A stretch of DNA of 63,999 bases, filler included, from Thermoplasmatota archaeon (GCA_041623215.1; 4 parts of 4 records of this genome joined end to end with filler, not necessarily neighbours in it), one strand, 5' to 3'; counted from the whole stretch's first letter, positions 9,374 through 19,795 are shown. Notes: generated from the letters alone by a model not told the origin. Made by a program: numbers and translations.

Positions 9374-9960
9374 ATTCAGAACCCCGCGCCGAGGCCGACG
9401 CTTCGTCCCGTAGTCGCCGCGTTGAGGTCCTCCGGCTGGGCCACCGGCCGCAGCGGGACAAGCGCATCACCACCCATGTCGCCTTGACGGCTCGGGCCCT
9501 GGGCGCAGCCAAGGTCCACCTTGCTGAAGACGACCCGCATGTGGCAACATCCGTCATGGACGTGGCCACGCGCTTTGGCGGTGCCTTCACGATGGAGTCC
9601 GGCACCGGCTGGAAGGGAGTCATCCGTGACTGGAAGGCCCGCGGGGGGGTCGTCGTGCACCTGACCATGTATGGACACGACTTTTCTGAATCCGTGGCGG
9701 AGGTCACGGCTGATGGGCGGGATGTCCTCGTCGTCGTAGGTGCCGAGAAGGTGCCGGGGGATCTGTATCGCATGGCCGACTGGAACGTGGCCGTGGGCAA
9801 TCAGCCCCACTCCGAAGTGGCGGCGCTGGCGTTGATGCTGGATCGCTTGGGAGGCGGCGCTTGGGAGGCGGCAACCTTCGAGGACGCGGAAGTCCGCGTG
9901 CTTCCCAGTCGTCAAGGTAAGCGCATGGCAGCCGCCGAGGATGTCGGCCCATCCGGCTGA
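9370..9960 (+). CDS. trm56: tRNA (cytidine(56)-2'-O)-methyltransferase
   Basis: LRLGHRPQRDKRITTHVAL, HLTMYG, VGAEKVP, NQPHSEVAALA. Confidence 0.95.
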   Translation: MNSEPRAEADASSRSRRVEVLRLGHRPQRDKRITTHVALTARALGAAKVHLAEDDPHVATSVMDVATRFGGAFTMESGTGWKGVIRDWKARGGVVVHLTMYGHDFSESVAEVTADGRDVLVVVGAEKVPGDLYRMADWNVAVGNQPHSEVAALALMLDRLGGGAWEAATFEDAEVRVLPSRQGKRMAAAEDVGPSG

Positions 9961-10120
9961 TCCGGCTCATCCGGCCACTTTGACAGCGCCACCTAGGTTT
10001 TGCACCACAACGCGGGATGGAAATGCCCACAACCGTGGCCGCGCCGTCGTGGGTCGCGCGTCGCTGTATGCCCACCGTGGACTGGCAAACGATTAACCGA
10101 AGTCAGGTGGTCTCTCGGGC

Positions 10121-10645
10121 GTGGCCCGTCCTGACTCTTGGCAACCTGCACTCGATGACCCTGAAGTGATGACGTACATCGAGGAAGAGGTGGGGGAGGG
10201 AGGCATGGCCATGGCCAAGTACCTGGAGGCTAGCGAGCCCATCGGCAGCGTCGAGATTCTGGAAGAGCACGACGATGTCAAGCCGGCCGAGGTCCGCAAG
10301 GTCCTGTATCGCCTCATGGATGCCCATGTCGCCGAATACGAGAAGGACACCGATGCCAAGGGCTGGGAGACGTTTACGTGGCACATGACGCTCGATAATG
10401 TCAAGCATGTGCTCATGACGCGCTGGGCGGAACGGCGGCTTGAGCTAGAGAAGGCAATCAAGTTTGAGCATGGCCACGAGTTCTACGCCTGCCCCGAAGG
10501 GCACGCTCGGCAGCCCTTTGAGGATGCCATTGAGAACGGCTTCCATTGTCCGCAATGCAATGCTGCCATGCAGCCCCACGACAATGCGGAGATTATCGCG
10601 GCCATGGAGGCGGAGCTTGAGTCCTTGGTCCCCACAGCCGTCTGA
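10121..10645 (+). CDS. tfe: Transcription factor E (alpha)
   Basis: wHTH EVRKVLYRL...GW..F.W; Zn ribbon CPEGH...F.CPQC. Confidence 0.9.
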   Translation: MARPDSWQPALDDPEVMTYIEEEVGEGGMAMAKYLEASEPIGSVEILEEHDDVKPAEVRKVLYRLMDAHVAEYEKDTDAKGWETFTWHMTLDNVKHVLMTRWAERRLELEKAIKFEHGHEFYACPEGHARQPFEDAIENGFHCPQCNAAMQPHDNAEIIAAMEAELESLVPTAV

Positions 10646-11186
10646 ATGCATCGACCTCCTGCGTGATGCAGGTGCACCAGAGTGGGTTGTGGAACATTGC
10701 CAATGTGTGGCGCATCAGGCCGCAGCCTTGGCCCGCGTAGCGTCGCAGCGCGGCCATGGTGTGGACGAAGCCTTGGTCGTGAAGGGTGCCCTGTTGCATG
10801 ACCTTGGTCGCAGCGTGACGCAGGGGCTAGACCATGCGTACCGAGGCGCCGACCTGCTGAGGGAGGCCGGCGTGGACGAGCAAATTTGCCGCATCGCTGA
10901 GGTTCACACCGGCGGCGGCATCACGGTCCAAGAAGCCGCCGCGGCGGGCCTGCCCGACCGCGATTACCTGCCGGCCACGTTGGAAGAAAAATTGGTTTGC
11001 CACGCCGACAATTGCTACTCAGGCACCAGTCGGTGGACGCTTGAACGCCTGCGCGCCAAGTATCATGGTCGAGGATTGGAGGACGCTTTTGGCCGCATCG
11101 AAGGCCTGCACGGCGAATTGGAAGCGCTCCTAGGCGTGGACCCCTTCAGCGTCCCACCACTGGATGGCGAAGTTGGCACAGCGTAG
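10617..11186 (+). CDS. HD-domain protein (TIGR00295-like)
   Basis: EHC, LLHDLGR, H...G, HTGGG, EEKLVCHADN; TTG start behind GGAGG; usual neighbour of tfe/trm56. Confidence 0.85.
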   Translation: MSPWSPQPSECIDLLRDAGAPEWVVEHCQCVAHQAAALARVASQRGHGVDEALVVKGALLHDLGRSVTQGLDHAYRGADLLREAGVDEQICRIAEVHTGGGITVQEAAAAGLPDRDYLPATLEEKLVCHADNCYSGTSRWTLERLRAKYHGRGLEDAFGRIEGLHGELEALLGVDPFSVPPLDGEVGTA

Positions 11187-11213
11187 TCGCCGGGCCAGGC
11201 AAGATTGTCGGGC

Positions 11214-11909
11214 CTACCAGCGGGTTGAGAGGCGCTTCTTCACGAGGGCGCGCAGGTTGCCAAAGCCGTCTGCCCACGTCTCGATGACTGCATCGCCAAT
11301 GCGTGGGCGCAGTTCGCTAGAAATCTCGGCGGCCGCCACGTCGCCCCGCTTGAAGGCTTCAATCTTAATCTCTTGACTGAAAGCCATGCCGTCGCTGAAC
11401 GATTTGAATGGCATGCGGTCAAGTGCGCTGCGGCGAATAATCCACATCCCCGATTGGCTGTCATGCACCCGCACGCGGAACAAGGCGCGAGCGGTGGCCG
11501 ACAAGACCCAGTTGCCCAGCTTGTGCTTGCTGCTCATGGCGCCGTCCTTCAATTCGCCGTAGCGATTGCACGTAACAAAGTCAAGGTCATTGTCCCGAAG
11601 GTGGGCCACGTATTCGTGGGCGTGGTCGAACGGATAGGTGCCATCTGCGTCACCCGTGACGATGATGTCGCCGGTAGCTTCCGAGAACCCGGTCTTGTAG
11701 GCGCGGCCGTACCCTTTGCGGCGATCGACAACGACCCTGGCGCCGCGCGCCTCCGCCTCCGCCTTGGTGCGGTCCTTGGAATCACCGTCGATGATGAGGA
11801 ACTCTAGGTCCCAGCCGAGCTTGGCGAACGCCTGGCGGTTCACGTCGTCAAGAGTGGCTCCAATGCCCTCTTCCTCATTGAGGGTCGGGATTAGGATGGT
11901 AATCTTCAC
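11214..11909 (-). CDS. Family 2 glycosyltransferase (Dol-P-Man synthase-like)
   Basis: IPTLNEE, DGDSKDRT, KGYGRA, DADGTYP, DSQSG. Confidence 0.9.
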   Translation of the reverse strand: MKITILIPTLNEEEGIGATLDDVNRQAFAKLGWDLEFLIIDGDSKDRTKAEAEARGARVVVDRRKGYGRAYKTGFSEATGDIIVTGDADGTYPFDHAHEYVAHLRDNDLDFVTCNRYGELKDGAMSSKHKLGNWVLSATARALFRVRVHDSQSGMWIIRRSALDRMPFKSFSDGMAFSQEIKIEAFKRGDVAAAEISSELRPRIGDAVIETWADGFGNLRALVKKRLSTRW

Positions 11910-12727
11910 GGAGACCGGCCGAGCTTGGCAGCCATATAACCCATGGCCCCCGCGACCATGCGGGCCACGCCCCATATGCTGCCGCCTTGGAGCTTCAGCA
12001 TTTTGGCAAAGGAATAGTCGCTCCACAAGCGGCCGTGCTTGGCCGTTAATTGCTTGCGGCCGTAGCCGTTCCAATAGGCTTGCCGTAGAAAGCCGCCAAT
12101 CGATTCTCTTGCATGGGCATACACCACTGCATCATGCACGTACTCAATGGTAGCGCCGTAGTCAATGGCTCGATAATTGAGGTCGATGTCCTCGGCAGTG
12201 ACGAAGCCCTCATCGAAGCCCGTGATGGCATCGAACAGCCGGCGGGGGTAGCCGAGGTTACAGCTTGGCCAGGTTGTGTCAAGCCCGTGATGGGGCAATT
12301 CGACGCGGTGGAGCCGCGTGAATGCCCAGAAGCCCATGAATTGCGTTCGACCTGCCAAGACCGCCCCGCCGTTGTGCCGTTTGCCGTTGTTGGCGCTGCC
12401 GTGACAATCAAGCATCGCTTGGAGCCAGTAGGCATTGGCGATGCAGTCCGCGTCGATAAAGAGCAGCAAGTCTCCCCGTGAATGTGCCACGCCGATGTTG
12501 CGCCCTTCGCCGCGCTTGCAGCCTTGTTGAATGAGCTGAATGCGGTCGTCTGATTGGGCTCGTTCCGCGATGATGTCGGCCGTTCCATCGGGGCTGTTGG
12601 CATCGACGACGATAACTTCGTAGCGTGCCTTGGTGGCTTGCCCGCACAGACTGTCCAGCAGATCACCGATGCGTTCCCGTTCGTTGAAGCAGGTGACGAT
12701 GATGCTGGCATCGATTGCATGGCTCAA
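11906..12727 (-). CDS. Family 2 glycosyltransferase
   Basis: VDANSPDGT, RNIG, FIDADC, GFDE...EDIDL. Confidence 0.9.
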   Translation of the reverse strand: MSHAIDASIIVTCFNERERIGDLLDSLCGQATKARYEVIVVDANSPDGTADIIAERAQSDDRIQLIQQGCKRGEGRNIGVAHSRGDLLLFIDADCIANAYWLQAMLDCHGSANNGKRHNGGAVLAGRTQFMGFWAFTRLHRVELPHHGLDTTWPSCNLGYPRRLFDAITGFDEGFVTAEDIDLNYRAIDYGATIEYVHDAVVYAHARESIGGFLRQAYWNGYGRKQLTAKHGRLWSDYSFAKMLKLQGGSIWGVARMVAGAMGYMAAKLGRSP

Positions 12728-14040
12728 GCGGTATCCTCCACCTCAACCGGGCGCGTTCCAATGCCTCGAATGTCAAATCCGGCGCGCGCCCAGGCCGCAT
12801 GGTGGAGGCAATTCCTGGCGTCAATGACCGCGCGTCCTGCCATCGCTGCCGCCACGTCCGCGGGTGCCAGATCGGCGTACTCTGGCCACTCGGTGACCAC
12901 AATCAGCGCGTCGGCATCGCGTACGGTATCCACGGGGGAGGCATGAAAGTGGGCGGGTGTTTCAGCGGGGCACTGCGCCACTGGATCATGCACGGTGACA
13001 GATGCACCGGCACTTGCCAGCGCGTCGATGAGGCGAAGGGACGGTGCGCTTCGTAAGTCATCCGTACCGGGCTTGAATGCAAGGCCCCACACGGCTACTC
13101 GCTTACCGTCGAGGTTTCCCCCTAGCGCTTCGCGAAGCAGGTCCAGAGCGTAGTCGCCTTGGCGGTCGTTAGCGGCTTCAATGGCCGGAATCAAATCCAT
13201 GTGCAGCCCGGCCTGGGCTGCGTGAGCGGCCAGGGAGCGGACGTCCTTGGGAAAGCAACTGCCACCGTAGCCGATGCCTGGCCGCAGGAATCGGGGTCCA
13301 ATGCGGTCATCAAGCCCGACGGCCTGGGCCACGTCGCCAACGTCGGCGCCCGATTGGTCGCAAACGCGGGCAACCTCGTTGATGAGGCTAATGCGTGCAG
13401 CAAGGAACGTGTTGCTGGCCATCTTGACGCACTCCGCGCTGGCGGCGGCCATGACAAGCCGCGGCGCCTCAGGTCGGCAGGCTGCAAACAGGTCCAGCAC
13501 ATCGGCACAAGCGTCCGTTGGGCCACCGCAAACTAGGCGGTCTGGCGAACCAAAGTCCCGCACGGCGGTCCCTTCAGCGAGGAACTCCGGGGCATGAACG
13601 ACGCGCACATCGTCGCGGCCTGCTTGGCGCAAGTGGCCCGTGATGCTGGCCGTTGTGCCAGGTGGTACGGTGCTTCGAATCACCAGGATGCTGTGCGGCG
13701 GCAGGTGTTGGGCGGCCGTGTCGGCGGCGGCAAACAGGTAGGTGAGAGAGAGGGAGCCATCGTTGGCGCTTGGTGTGCCGACAGCCAGGAAGGCAATCTC
13801 TGTGCCAGCATACGCCACCTCTGCGTCGGCGGTGAAAGAAAGCCGTCCGGCGGCCATTGCTTCAGCCACCACCACCTCAAGGCCCGGTTCAAAAAATGGA
13901 ACCTCGCCCTCGGTGAGTGCCAACACTTTGTTCGCATCCACATCGAGGCCAACCACCGTGTGGCCGTCGCGTGCTAGGCAGGCTGCTGTCACAAGGCCGA
14001 CGTAGCCTGTGCCCACCACAGTCAGCCGCCGGGGGGTCAT
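12724..14040 (-). CDS. ugd: UDP-glucose/GDP-mannose 6-dehydrogenase
   Basis: GTGYVG, PEFLAEG, GYGGSCFPKD, GLAFKPGTDDLR. Confidence 0.93.
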   Translation of the reverse strand: MTPRRLTVVGTGYVGLVTAACLARDGHTVVGLDVDANKVLALTEGEVPFFEPGLEVVVAEAMAAGRLSFTADAEVAYAGTEIAFLAVGTPSANDGSLSLTYLFAAADTAAQHLPPHSILVIRSTVPPGTTASITGHLRQAGRDDVRVVHAPEFLAEGTAVRDFGSPDRLVCGGPTDACADVLDLFAACRPEAPRLVMAAASAECVKMASNTFLAARISLINEVARVCDQSGADVGDVAQAVGLDDRIGPRFLRPGIGYGGSCFPKDVRSLAAHAAQAGLHMDLIPAIEAANDRQGDYALDLLREALGGNLDGKRVAVWGLAFKPGTDDLRSAPSLRLIDALASAGASVTVHDPVAQCPAETPAHFHASPVDTVRDADALIVVTEWPEYADLAPADVAAAMAGRAVIDARNCLHHAAWARAGFDIRGIGTRPVEVEDTA

Positions 14041-15296
14041 GGAATGGTGAATTCCTCGCCCATCATGGGCGTGTGGACGGTCGCGAAGTCGGACAATTCG
14101 GGCACCAACGCCTCGCGGTTGTCCCCGTGGAACAGAACGATGTCCTTGGCCCCCGTCTTTCGGGCAAAGTCCACCATGTCGGCGTGGCCAGCGTGAGCCG
14201 AGAAATCGAAGTGACGCACTTGGCAATTGATGTCCCGGACGTTCTTGCCCGGCGCGCGGTTGGGGTCCATGTCGAGTTTGCCTTCATCCATGAGACGGCG
14301 GCCATTGGTGCCCTTGACCTGGTAGCCGGTGAGGGCAATGCCGGCGTTCTTGTCATTGCGAATGTGATCCGCGTAGTACAGAATGGGCCCCCCCTCCAAC
14401 ATGCCGCTCGTCGTGATGATGACGTCGGCTTCCCGCAGAGCCACGCTGCGGCCACGGTGGCTGAACACATGCTTCACGTCGGCCATGGCCCGTTGATACG
14501 CAGTGGGGTCGGCGAGGAATTCTGGGTTGCGGCCGTAGATCTTGCTGACTTTCCTTGCCATGCCGTCCATCCAAACGTTGAGGCCTTGGCCGGCTAACAC
14601 CATCGCCAGCTCTTGCGCCCGACCCACGGCGAAGGCGGCTGCGATTACGGGGCTACCGTGGCCATTACACTCGTCGACGTAGTCCAAGAATTCGCGCTCC
14701 GTGTCGGCTCGCTCGGGGTGTTCGCGGCCAGCATACGTGGTCTCCATGCAAAGAACGTCGCAGGGCACCGGCTTGCCGGGCCCCACGAGTCGCTGCGGAC
14801 GCGTGTACAGGTCGCCGGTGAATACCATGCTGCTCGAGTCGCCCGTCAACTGGACTTGGGCGGCCCCGGGGATGTGGCCGGCCGAATGGAACCGCACTTC
14901 CATGCCGCCAATGTGGCGCGGGTGCTGGAAATCCATGAAGTCCCAGCGGTCTTCCGTGTCATCGATGTCGGCGTCGGAATAGGGCTCGGGGAAGCCGTCC
15001 TGGCGGGCAATCTTGAGGCTGTCGTGGTGCATCAACGTCGAGACTTCCGCCGTGGGCGGCGTGGTCAGAATGGTGGTTTCCATCCGTGCTGCTAGCCACG
15101 GCACCATGCCGGAGTGGTCGAGGTGGGCGTGGGTCAGAAACGCCTGGTCTACCTCAGGAGCCGGAATCGGATATTCAGGGGGCTTGTCGGGGGCGATGCC
15201 GTAATCGAACAGGAATCGATTTCCTTCGGTATTGACAATGAAGCCGAGGCGCCCGATGTCTTGGGCGGCCCCCAGGAAGCGGCAGTCGTAGGTCAC
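14037..15296 (-). CDS. beta-CASP metallo-beta-lactamase ribonuclease (aCPSF family, no KH domains)
   Basis: THAHLDH, AGHIPG, TGD, ETTY, FSAHAGH, FHGD. Confidence 0.85.
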   Translation of the reverse strand: MTYDCRFLGAAQDIGRLGFIVNTEGNRFLFDYGIAPDKPPEYPIPAPEVDQAFLTHAHLDHSGMVPWLAARMETTILTTPPTAEVSTLMHHDSLKIARQDGFPEPYSDADIDDTEDRWDFMDFQHPRHIGGMEVRFHSAGHIPGAAQVQLTGDSSSMVFTGDLYTRPQRLVGPGKPVPCDVLCMETTYAGREHPERADTEREFLDYVDECNGHGSPVIAAAFAVGRAQELAMVLAGQGLNVWMDGMARKVSKIYGRNPEFLADPTAYQRAMADVKHVFSHRGRSVALREADVIITTSGMLEGGPILYYADHIRNDKNAGIALTGYQVKGTNGRRLMDEGKLDMDPNRAPGKNVRDINCQVRHFDFSAHAGHADMVDFARKTGAKDIVLFHGDNREALVPELSDFATVHTPMMGEEFTIP

Positions 15297-15388
15297 GTTG
15301 GCGCCATTTGCTCCTGCCAGTTAAGCGGGCGCATCGTGGCCGTGTCAACTCTGGGGGGTCTGGTCGCCCTCACGACTCGCTGGACGCG

Positions 15389-17818
15389 TTAGTTCCTACG
15401 GCGACGGATGGCCAGCATGACCGCTACGGCTCCTAGCAAGCTCACCAGCGACGGCCCTGGGAGCCCCTTGGTGGTGGGTTCATCGTCCTCCACCGTAATG
15501 GGCCCGTCCAGCGTCGTGACGCCAATGGGTCGAGGCGTTGCTTCGCGTTGGAATGGGTTCCAACAGTACAGGTCTTGGCCTACTTCGAAGGTGTAGACGG
15601 CGCCATTGCACGGCGGATCTGCGCGGATGTCTCGCAGTTGCAGGGGGAAGCGGTCCTCGGTGCCGTGTAGCAGGGCAGTCTTAGGCTGTCCACGTGCGTT
15701 GGCTTCAATCAGGAACGACTTGTCGGGCAGGTCGGTCCGCCCCAGGTACACTTCGAACGTCAAAGCGGACTCCTGGTTGGCAGGAGTCGTTTCATTGTAG
15801 ATGAGGTCCAGTGTGCCGTTGACTCGGGCAGTCACAGTCCCGGCCCGCGTCAAGTTGTATGGGAACGTGAACAAGGTGGAGCCATCAGACGGCAGTTGCA
15901 GGGCGCGCCGGAGGCTCAGGTCGGGCCCGGTAGCGGTTGCATTGATTTCCACCGGTCCGAGGCCATTGTGTTGGGTGAGGTTGGCTTCGAGGCGAATCTG
16001 GTTACCAATCAGCAATGCTCGGGCATCCAAATCATCGAGGAACCGTAGCCCCGTCACGGAAGTGTCGGCATCGCGCAGCCGCACAATGATGGGGTGCTCC
16101 ACTTGCGTCGTCAAATTGACGCCATCCGTGGCCACCGCGAACAAGGACATGGGGCCTGTGCGGTTGGCAACGACCGTGAAGGTGTGATTCTCGCCTGGCG
16201 CTCGGCCAATCACGTCGCCAAAGAGCTGGCTTTGCAGCAACACGCGCAGGTGGTAGTCGGGCGAGTAGGGCTCCGATACATTGACGAACACCTTGAACGG
16301 CACATCTTGGTACAATGTTTGGTTTTCAAACCAGAAATCGACCACTGGCTTCGACTTGTCCACCACCATGGGGACGCGAAGCAGCGTGACGTTGCGGTGG
16401 ACCTTGACGCCGGCACCGGCAACGGAGGAGCTTTCGTCGACCGTGATGACATCGGTGTCAAGCGTGGGTGCCCCACGGTCGTAGCCGCGAATGAACAATA
16501 CTTGCTCGCCTTCGGTGCCCAGAATGCCCACATCAATGACGTAGGGGGCTTTGAGCTCCAGTTCGGGGCCTGCGCGCAGCCGCTTGGGGTCGCGGTCGCC
16601 CTCAATAATGTGAAGCTGATAGGTGACCTTCTGGAGTTGCGGCCAGTGCTGGTCATGGTCCACTAGGAAGCGCAGTTGACTGCCGGGGCCCATGCGTTGC
16701 TTGGGCGTGCGCTCCTGGTTTTCGTGACCAACGAGCCACACGTCCACGTCGCGCTGGGCGGTTTCCGCGGTGACCGACATGCTGCGATGCTCTAGCATGT
16801 AGCGAAGCGGCTTGCCAGGTTGCGTCGAGTCAGCAAACGCGTAGGCGGTTATGTTCCAGTTTCCGACCACGAGGTCGCGGTAATTCATGGCCACTTCGCC
16901 AACGAATGTGTTGTCGTGGCCTACGTGTTCTAGGATGAGGTTGACTCGCTCCTTGCCGGAGTGGTTGAGTTGGATGCCAATCAGGTAGATCCCGGGGAAG
17001 GCGGCTTCGCAGTTGTCGTACAATACGCGGAAGCGGATGTATTTGCCTTGGTCCTCGACGAGGTCTACGTCCATGCGGTCCCCTTCGGCGGCGCGCACGG
17101 ATTCAGTGCGGCACATGTCGAAGTCGATGTACTCCTTGGGGATGGTGGGGTCGTGGCCTTCGTCGGGGTTCTCGACGACGCTGCGGTTGGTGCCAATCAG
17201 GCGCACATCGTCGATGAACCAGCCCTGGGCGACATCGCCTTGGTCGCGGTTGGCGTCGGATGTGAAGCGGAAGCGTAGTTGGACGGTTTTGCCGTCGTAG
17301 GCGGCGAGGTTCTGGTCGCTCAGAGAAACCAGGGCTCCATAACGGCCGCTGTAGGTTTGACTAAAGCCGCTAACAGATGTCAGTTGGCTCCAGGGGCCCG
17401 TGGACCCGTTTTCCCGAATTAGCAGGCGAAGCAGGTCATTGTCTGCGCTGTTCCCGTGAGCGTTGAACTGAACCTTCAGCAATCGCTTACCCGTCAGGTC
17501 GATTGCGGGCGAAGTAATGTTTACGTCCGCTTCAGCGTCGTAGCCGGCCGGTTGATTGTTGACGGCGCGTCCAACATGCCATCCGAATTCTCCCTCCCGC
17601 ACACTGTCTGCCATCCATCGCCAGGTAGTCTGGTCCTTCTGGCCTTGGCGCGTCCAGTTTCCGTTGTCGAACTCAAAATCCTCGAAGTACAGATCGTGCA
17701 CTAAGGGATTTCCCGGGGCGGGCTCGCCCCCTGGAACCTGAGCATGACCGGGATTGCCTACAAGGAGGGCAGACCCCAGGATGAGGAGAGCGAGAAGGAC
17801 TGGTCGGCGAGAGTGCAA
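15389..17818 (-). CDS. Secreted multi-domain surface protein (InhA/MAM-like jelly roll, Ig/CARDB-like) with PGF-CTERM-like tail
   Basis: Signal peptide; TSPAIDL...LRFRFTSD...GWFIDDV; many N-x-S/T sequons; GLPGP + TM + RRRRN. Confidence 0.7.
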   Translation of the reverse strand: MHSRRPVLLALLILGSALLVGNPGHAQVPGGEPAPGNPLVHDLYFEDFEFDNGNWTRQGQKDQTTWRWMADSVREGEFGWHVGRAVNNQPAGYDAEADVNITSPAIDLTGKRLLKVQFNAHGNSADNDLLRLLIRENGSTGPWSQLTSVSGFSQTYSGRYGALVSLSDQNLAAYDGKTVQLRFRFTSDANRDQGDVAQGWFIDDVRLIGTNRSVVENPDEGHDPTIPKEYIDFDMCRTESVRAAEGDRMDVDLVEDQGKYIRFRVLYDNCEAAFPGIYLIGIQLNHSGKERVNLILEHVGHDNTFVGEVAMNYRDLVVGNWNITAYAFADSTQPGKPLRYMLEHRSMSVTAETAQRDVDVWLVGHENQERTPKQRMGPGSQLRFLVDHDQHWPQLQKVTYQLHIIEGDRDPKRLRAGPELELKAPYVIDVGILGTEGEQVLFIRGYDRGAPTLDTDVITVDESSSVAGAGVKVHRNVTLLRVPMVVDKSKPVVDFWFENQTLYQDVPFKVFVNVSEPYSPDYHLRVLLQSQLFGDVIGRAPGENHTFTVVANRTGPMSLFAVATDGVNLTTQVEHPIIVRLRDADTSVTGLRFLDDLDARALLIGNQIRLEANLTQHNGLGPVEINATATGPDLSLRRALQLPSDGSTLFTFPYNLTRAGTVTARVNGTLDLIYNETTPANQESALTFEVYLGRTDLPDKSFLIEANARGQPKTALLHGTEDRFPLQLRDIRADPPCNGAVYTFEVGQDLYCWNPFQREATPRPIGVTTLDGPITVEDDEPTTKGLPGPSLVSLLGAVAVMLAIRRRRN

Positions 17819-17821
17819 GGA

Positions 17822-19795
17822 CTACCTCCGGGTCACAGCGAGGAGGACCACGAACAAGACCGTGACGGCTGCGAGCAGCAGGCCGATGTACCAGAAGTCC
17901 TGCACCACATCCATCAGTCCTTGGTTCTCAGGCACGACGCCGGACTTGGCCGTCACGGGGTCGTAGTAGCTTTCATCGCGGCCGTCACCATTGAGGTCGA
18001 AGGTCCAGTCAGCGACGCCGTCACCGGTCACATCCCTGAGGCGGATGGGCACGCTGGTGCCGTCGCCGCCCTTGCGGATGAAGTAGTCGGGACCACGGTT
18101 GCTGATGGTGTACACTTCGTCGGGGACGCCGTCGCCGTCCACGTCAATGATCTGCACGGTGCGCAAGCGGCCGTCGGCCGCGAACAACACCGGTTCGCCA
18201 CTGTCGGCCTTGCCATTGCCGTTCTGGTCAACCACGTAGTCGGTGACACCGTTGTCATCGAGGTCCACGTGGATGAGCGAGGTGAAGTCGCCCGTTGTGA
18301 CATCGAAGACCACGTCGAGGCCGCCCTTTTGGAAGTCGAAGACGCCGTCGGCGGTGACCACGTTGTCGAGGTCAAGGTCGAGGAAGTAGTCTAGCACACC
18401 ATCGGCGGTGACATCCTTGGGCAGGTTGAGTTGGCCGCCACCGGATACGCGTGCGACACCCATTTGCTGCCACATCTGGGTCACTTGACCTTCGCGGCTG
18501 GCTGGGTCCCAGTAAATGTCGGGCAGGCCGTCGGCGTCGATGTCGAGCATGAGCTCCGTTTCACCGTCGTCGTCGGCGTCCATAGTGTAGTCAAGCACTT
18601 CCACCGTGGAGCCGGCTTGGCTAATCCGGAGCGTCTTGCTTGCCCGTGCCTCATCCGAGAGGTACTGGGCAAGGCCAGGCTCTCCACCGAGGCCGGCGCA
18701 CGAGACACACACCGAGGAGCGGCCCACGTTGGGGTTGGTTTCGAGGAACGCCTCGAAGCCATCGGAGGGGTCCTGGTTGCGGTCGATGGCGTATTCGCGA
18801 ATCAGGTCGTCGTCGGCGTCGAAGGCAACGTGCGGCACGATGCGCGTCGTCGTTGCAATCTCGGGCAGAATGACATCGCCAGCGTTGATGCTGGTGTTGA
18901 GGTCTGCGTCGAAGGAGCCGATGCTGACAATGGCCTGGACTTGGCGGTCGAAGCGGGGAATTTCGTGCAAGTCGGCGGGCATGTCGAAGAACATGCGCGT
19001 CTCCATGGATTCGCCCGGCTCCAAGTCAATGTCCTGGTGCTCAAAGGAGAAGCGGATGTTCTGCAAGCCGACACCGCCTTGAGGCGGTACGCGCGCCTCC
19101 AGGGTCAAGTCATACAGGGGCAAGCTGCCCGTGTTGTTGAGGTGGAGAACCTGAGTGACCGACGCCTCTGGTTCAATCCATACCACTTCCTTAGCCGGCT
19201 TCGCTTCCAACTTGTGGACGGCGGAGGTAAACGGCAGTTCCACGCTGGCACCCCTTGTTCGGTCACTCAGGCTTTCTGCGAAGATGAAGGTCGTGAAGGT
19301 CTCTCCAGCCTGCAACGGGTAGTTGGCGTTGGGGGCGTGGATGGTTGCCTTGACGGTGCCCTTCTCCAAGGGGCCGAGGACGAGGCGTTCTGGGTTGTAC
19401 GTCACGTCGAAGCCAGGCATGGGCCTGGGGCCGCTGAAGAAGTGCTTGCACTGCTTGGGTGCGTTGGTGTTTTCGCAGAAAATGATGGTGTCCTCGGCCA
19501 AGCCGATGTTGGACACTTCGATGTCCACCGTTTGGGTCGTGCCGCGGCCAATGACGCCGGTGAAGGCGTCGTCGAGCACCTTGAGGCGCACGCCGTGGCT
19601 ACTGGCTAGGGACACAGTGACGTCGCCCCACGTGTCGGAGCCATCTGCTTGCACGCGGAAGTGGATGGGCAAGCGACTGGCGGGCAGGATGCCACTGGGG
19701 ACCGTGAGTTCGAACTCTTGCTCCAAGAGGCCACTGGCCGGCATGGGCTTGTTCAGAATCTGGGTCGGCGTGATGCGCCACCCGGCGGGCAAGGA
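17822..19795 (-). CDS. Large surface protein (NEW3-like domains, Dx[DN]xDG Ca-binding repeats, C-terminal TM); 5'-truncated by the contig end
   Basis: Repeated DIDADG, DVTADG, DQNGNG, DVDGDG, DLNGDG; C-terminal hydrophobic helix + RR. Confidence 0.7.
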   Translation of the reverse strand, partial: SLPAGWRITPTQILNKPMPASGLLEQEFELTVPSGILPASRLPIHFRVQADGSDTWGDVTVSLASSHGVRLKVLDDAFTGVIGRGTTQTVDIEVSNIGLAEDTIIFCENTNAPKQCKHFFSGPRPMPGFDVTYNPERLVLGPLEKGTVKATIHAPNANYPLQAGETFTTFIFAESLSDRTRGASVELPFTSAVHKLEAKPAKEVVWIEPEASVTQVLHLNNTGSLPLYDLTLEARVPPQGGVGLQNIRFSFEHQDIDLEPGESMETRMFFDMPADLHEIPRFDRQVQAIVSIGSFDADLNTSINAGDVILPEIATTTRIVPHVAFDADDDLIREYAIDRNQDPSDGFEAFLETNPNVGRSSVCVSCAGLGGEPGLAQYLSDEARASKTLRISQAGSTVEVLDYTMDADDDGETELMLDIDADGLPDIYWDPASREGQVTQMWQQMGVARVSGGGQLNLPKDVTADGVLDYFLDLDLDNVVTADGVFDFQKGGLDVVFDVTTGDFTSLIHVDLDDNGVTDYVVDQNGNGKADSGEPVLFAADGRLRTVQIIDVDGDGVPDEVYTISNRGPDYFIRKGGDGTSVPIRLRDVTGDGVADWTFDLNGDGRDESYYDPVTAKSGVVPENQGLMDVVQDFWYIGLLLAAVTVLFVVLLAVTRR

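Noticed and set aside
18431..19609. Long antisense ORFs (also 591-1499, 1631-2596, 28565-29623, 30209-31216, 35121-36116)
   Set aside because: Shadow ORFs expected opposite real genes in high-GC DNA; no motifs
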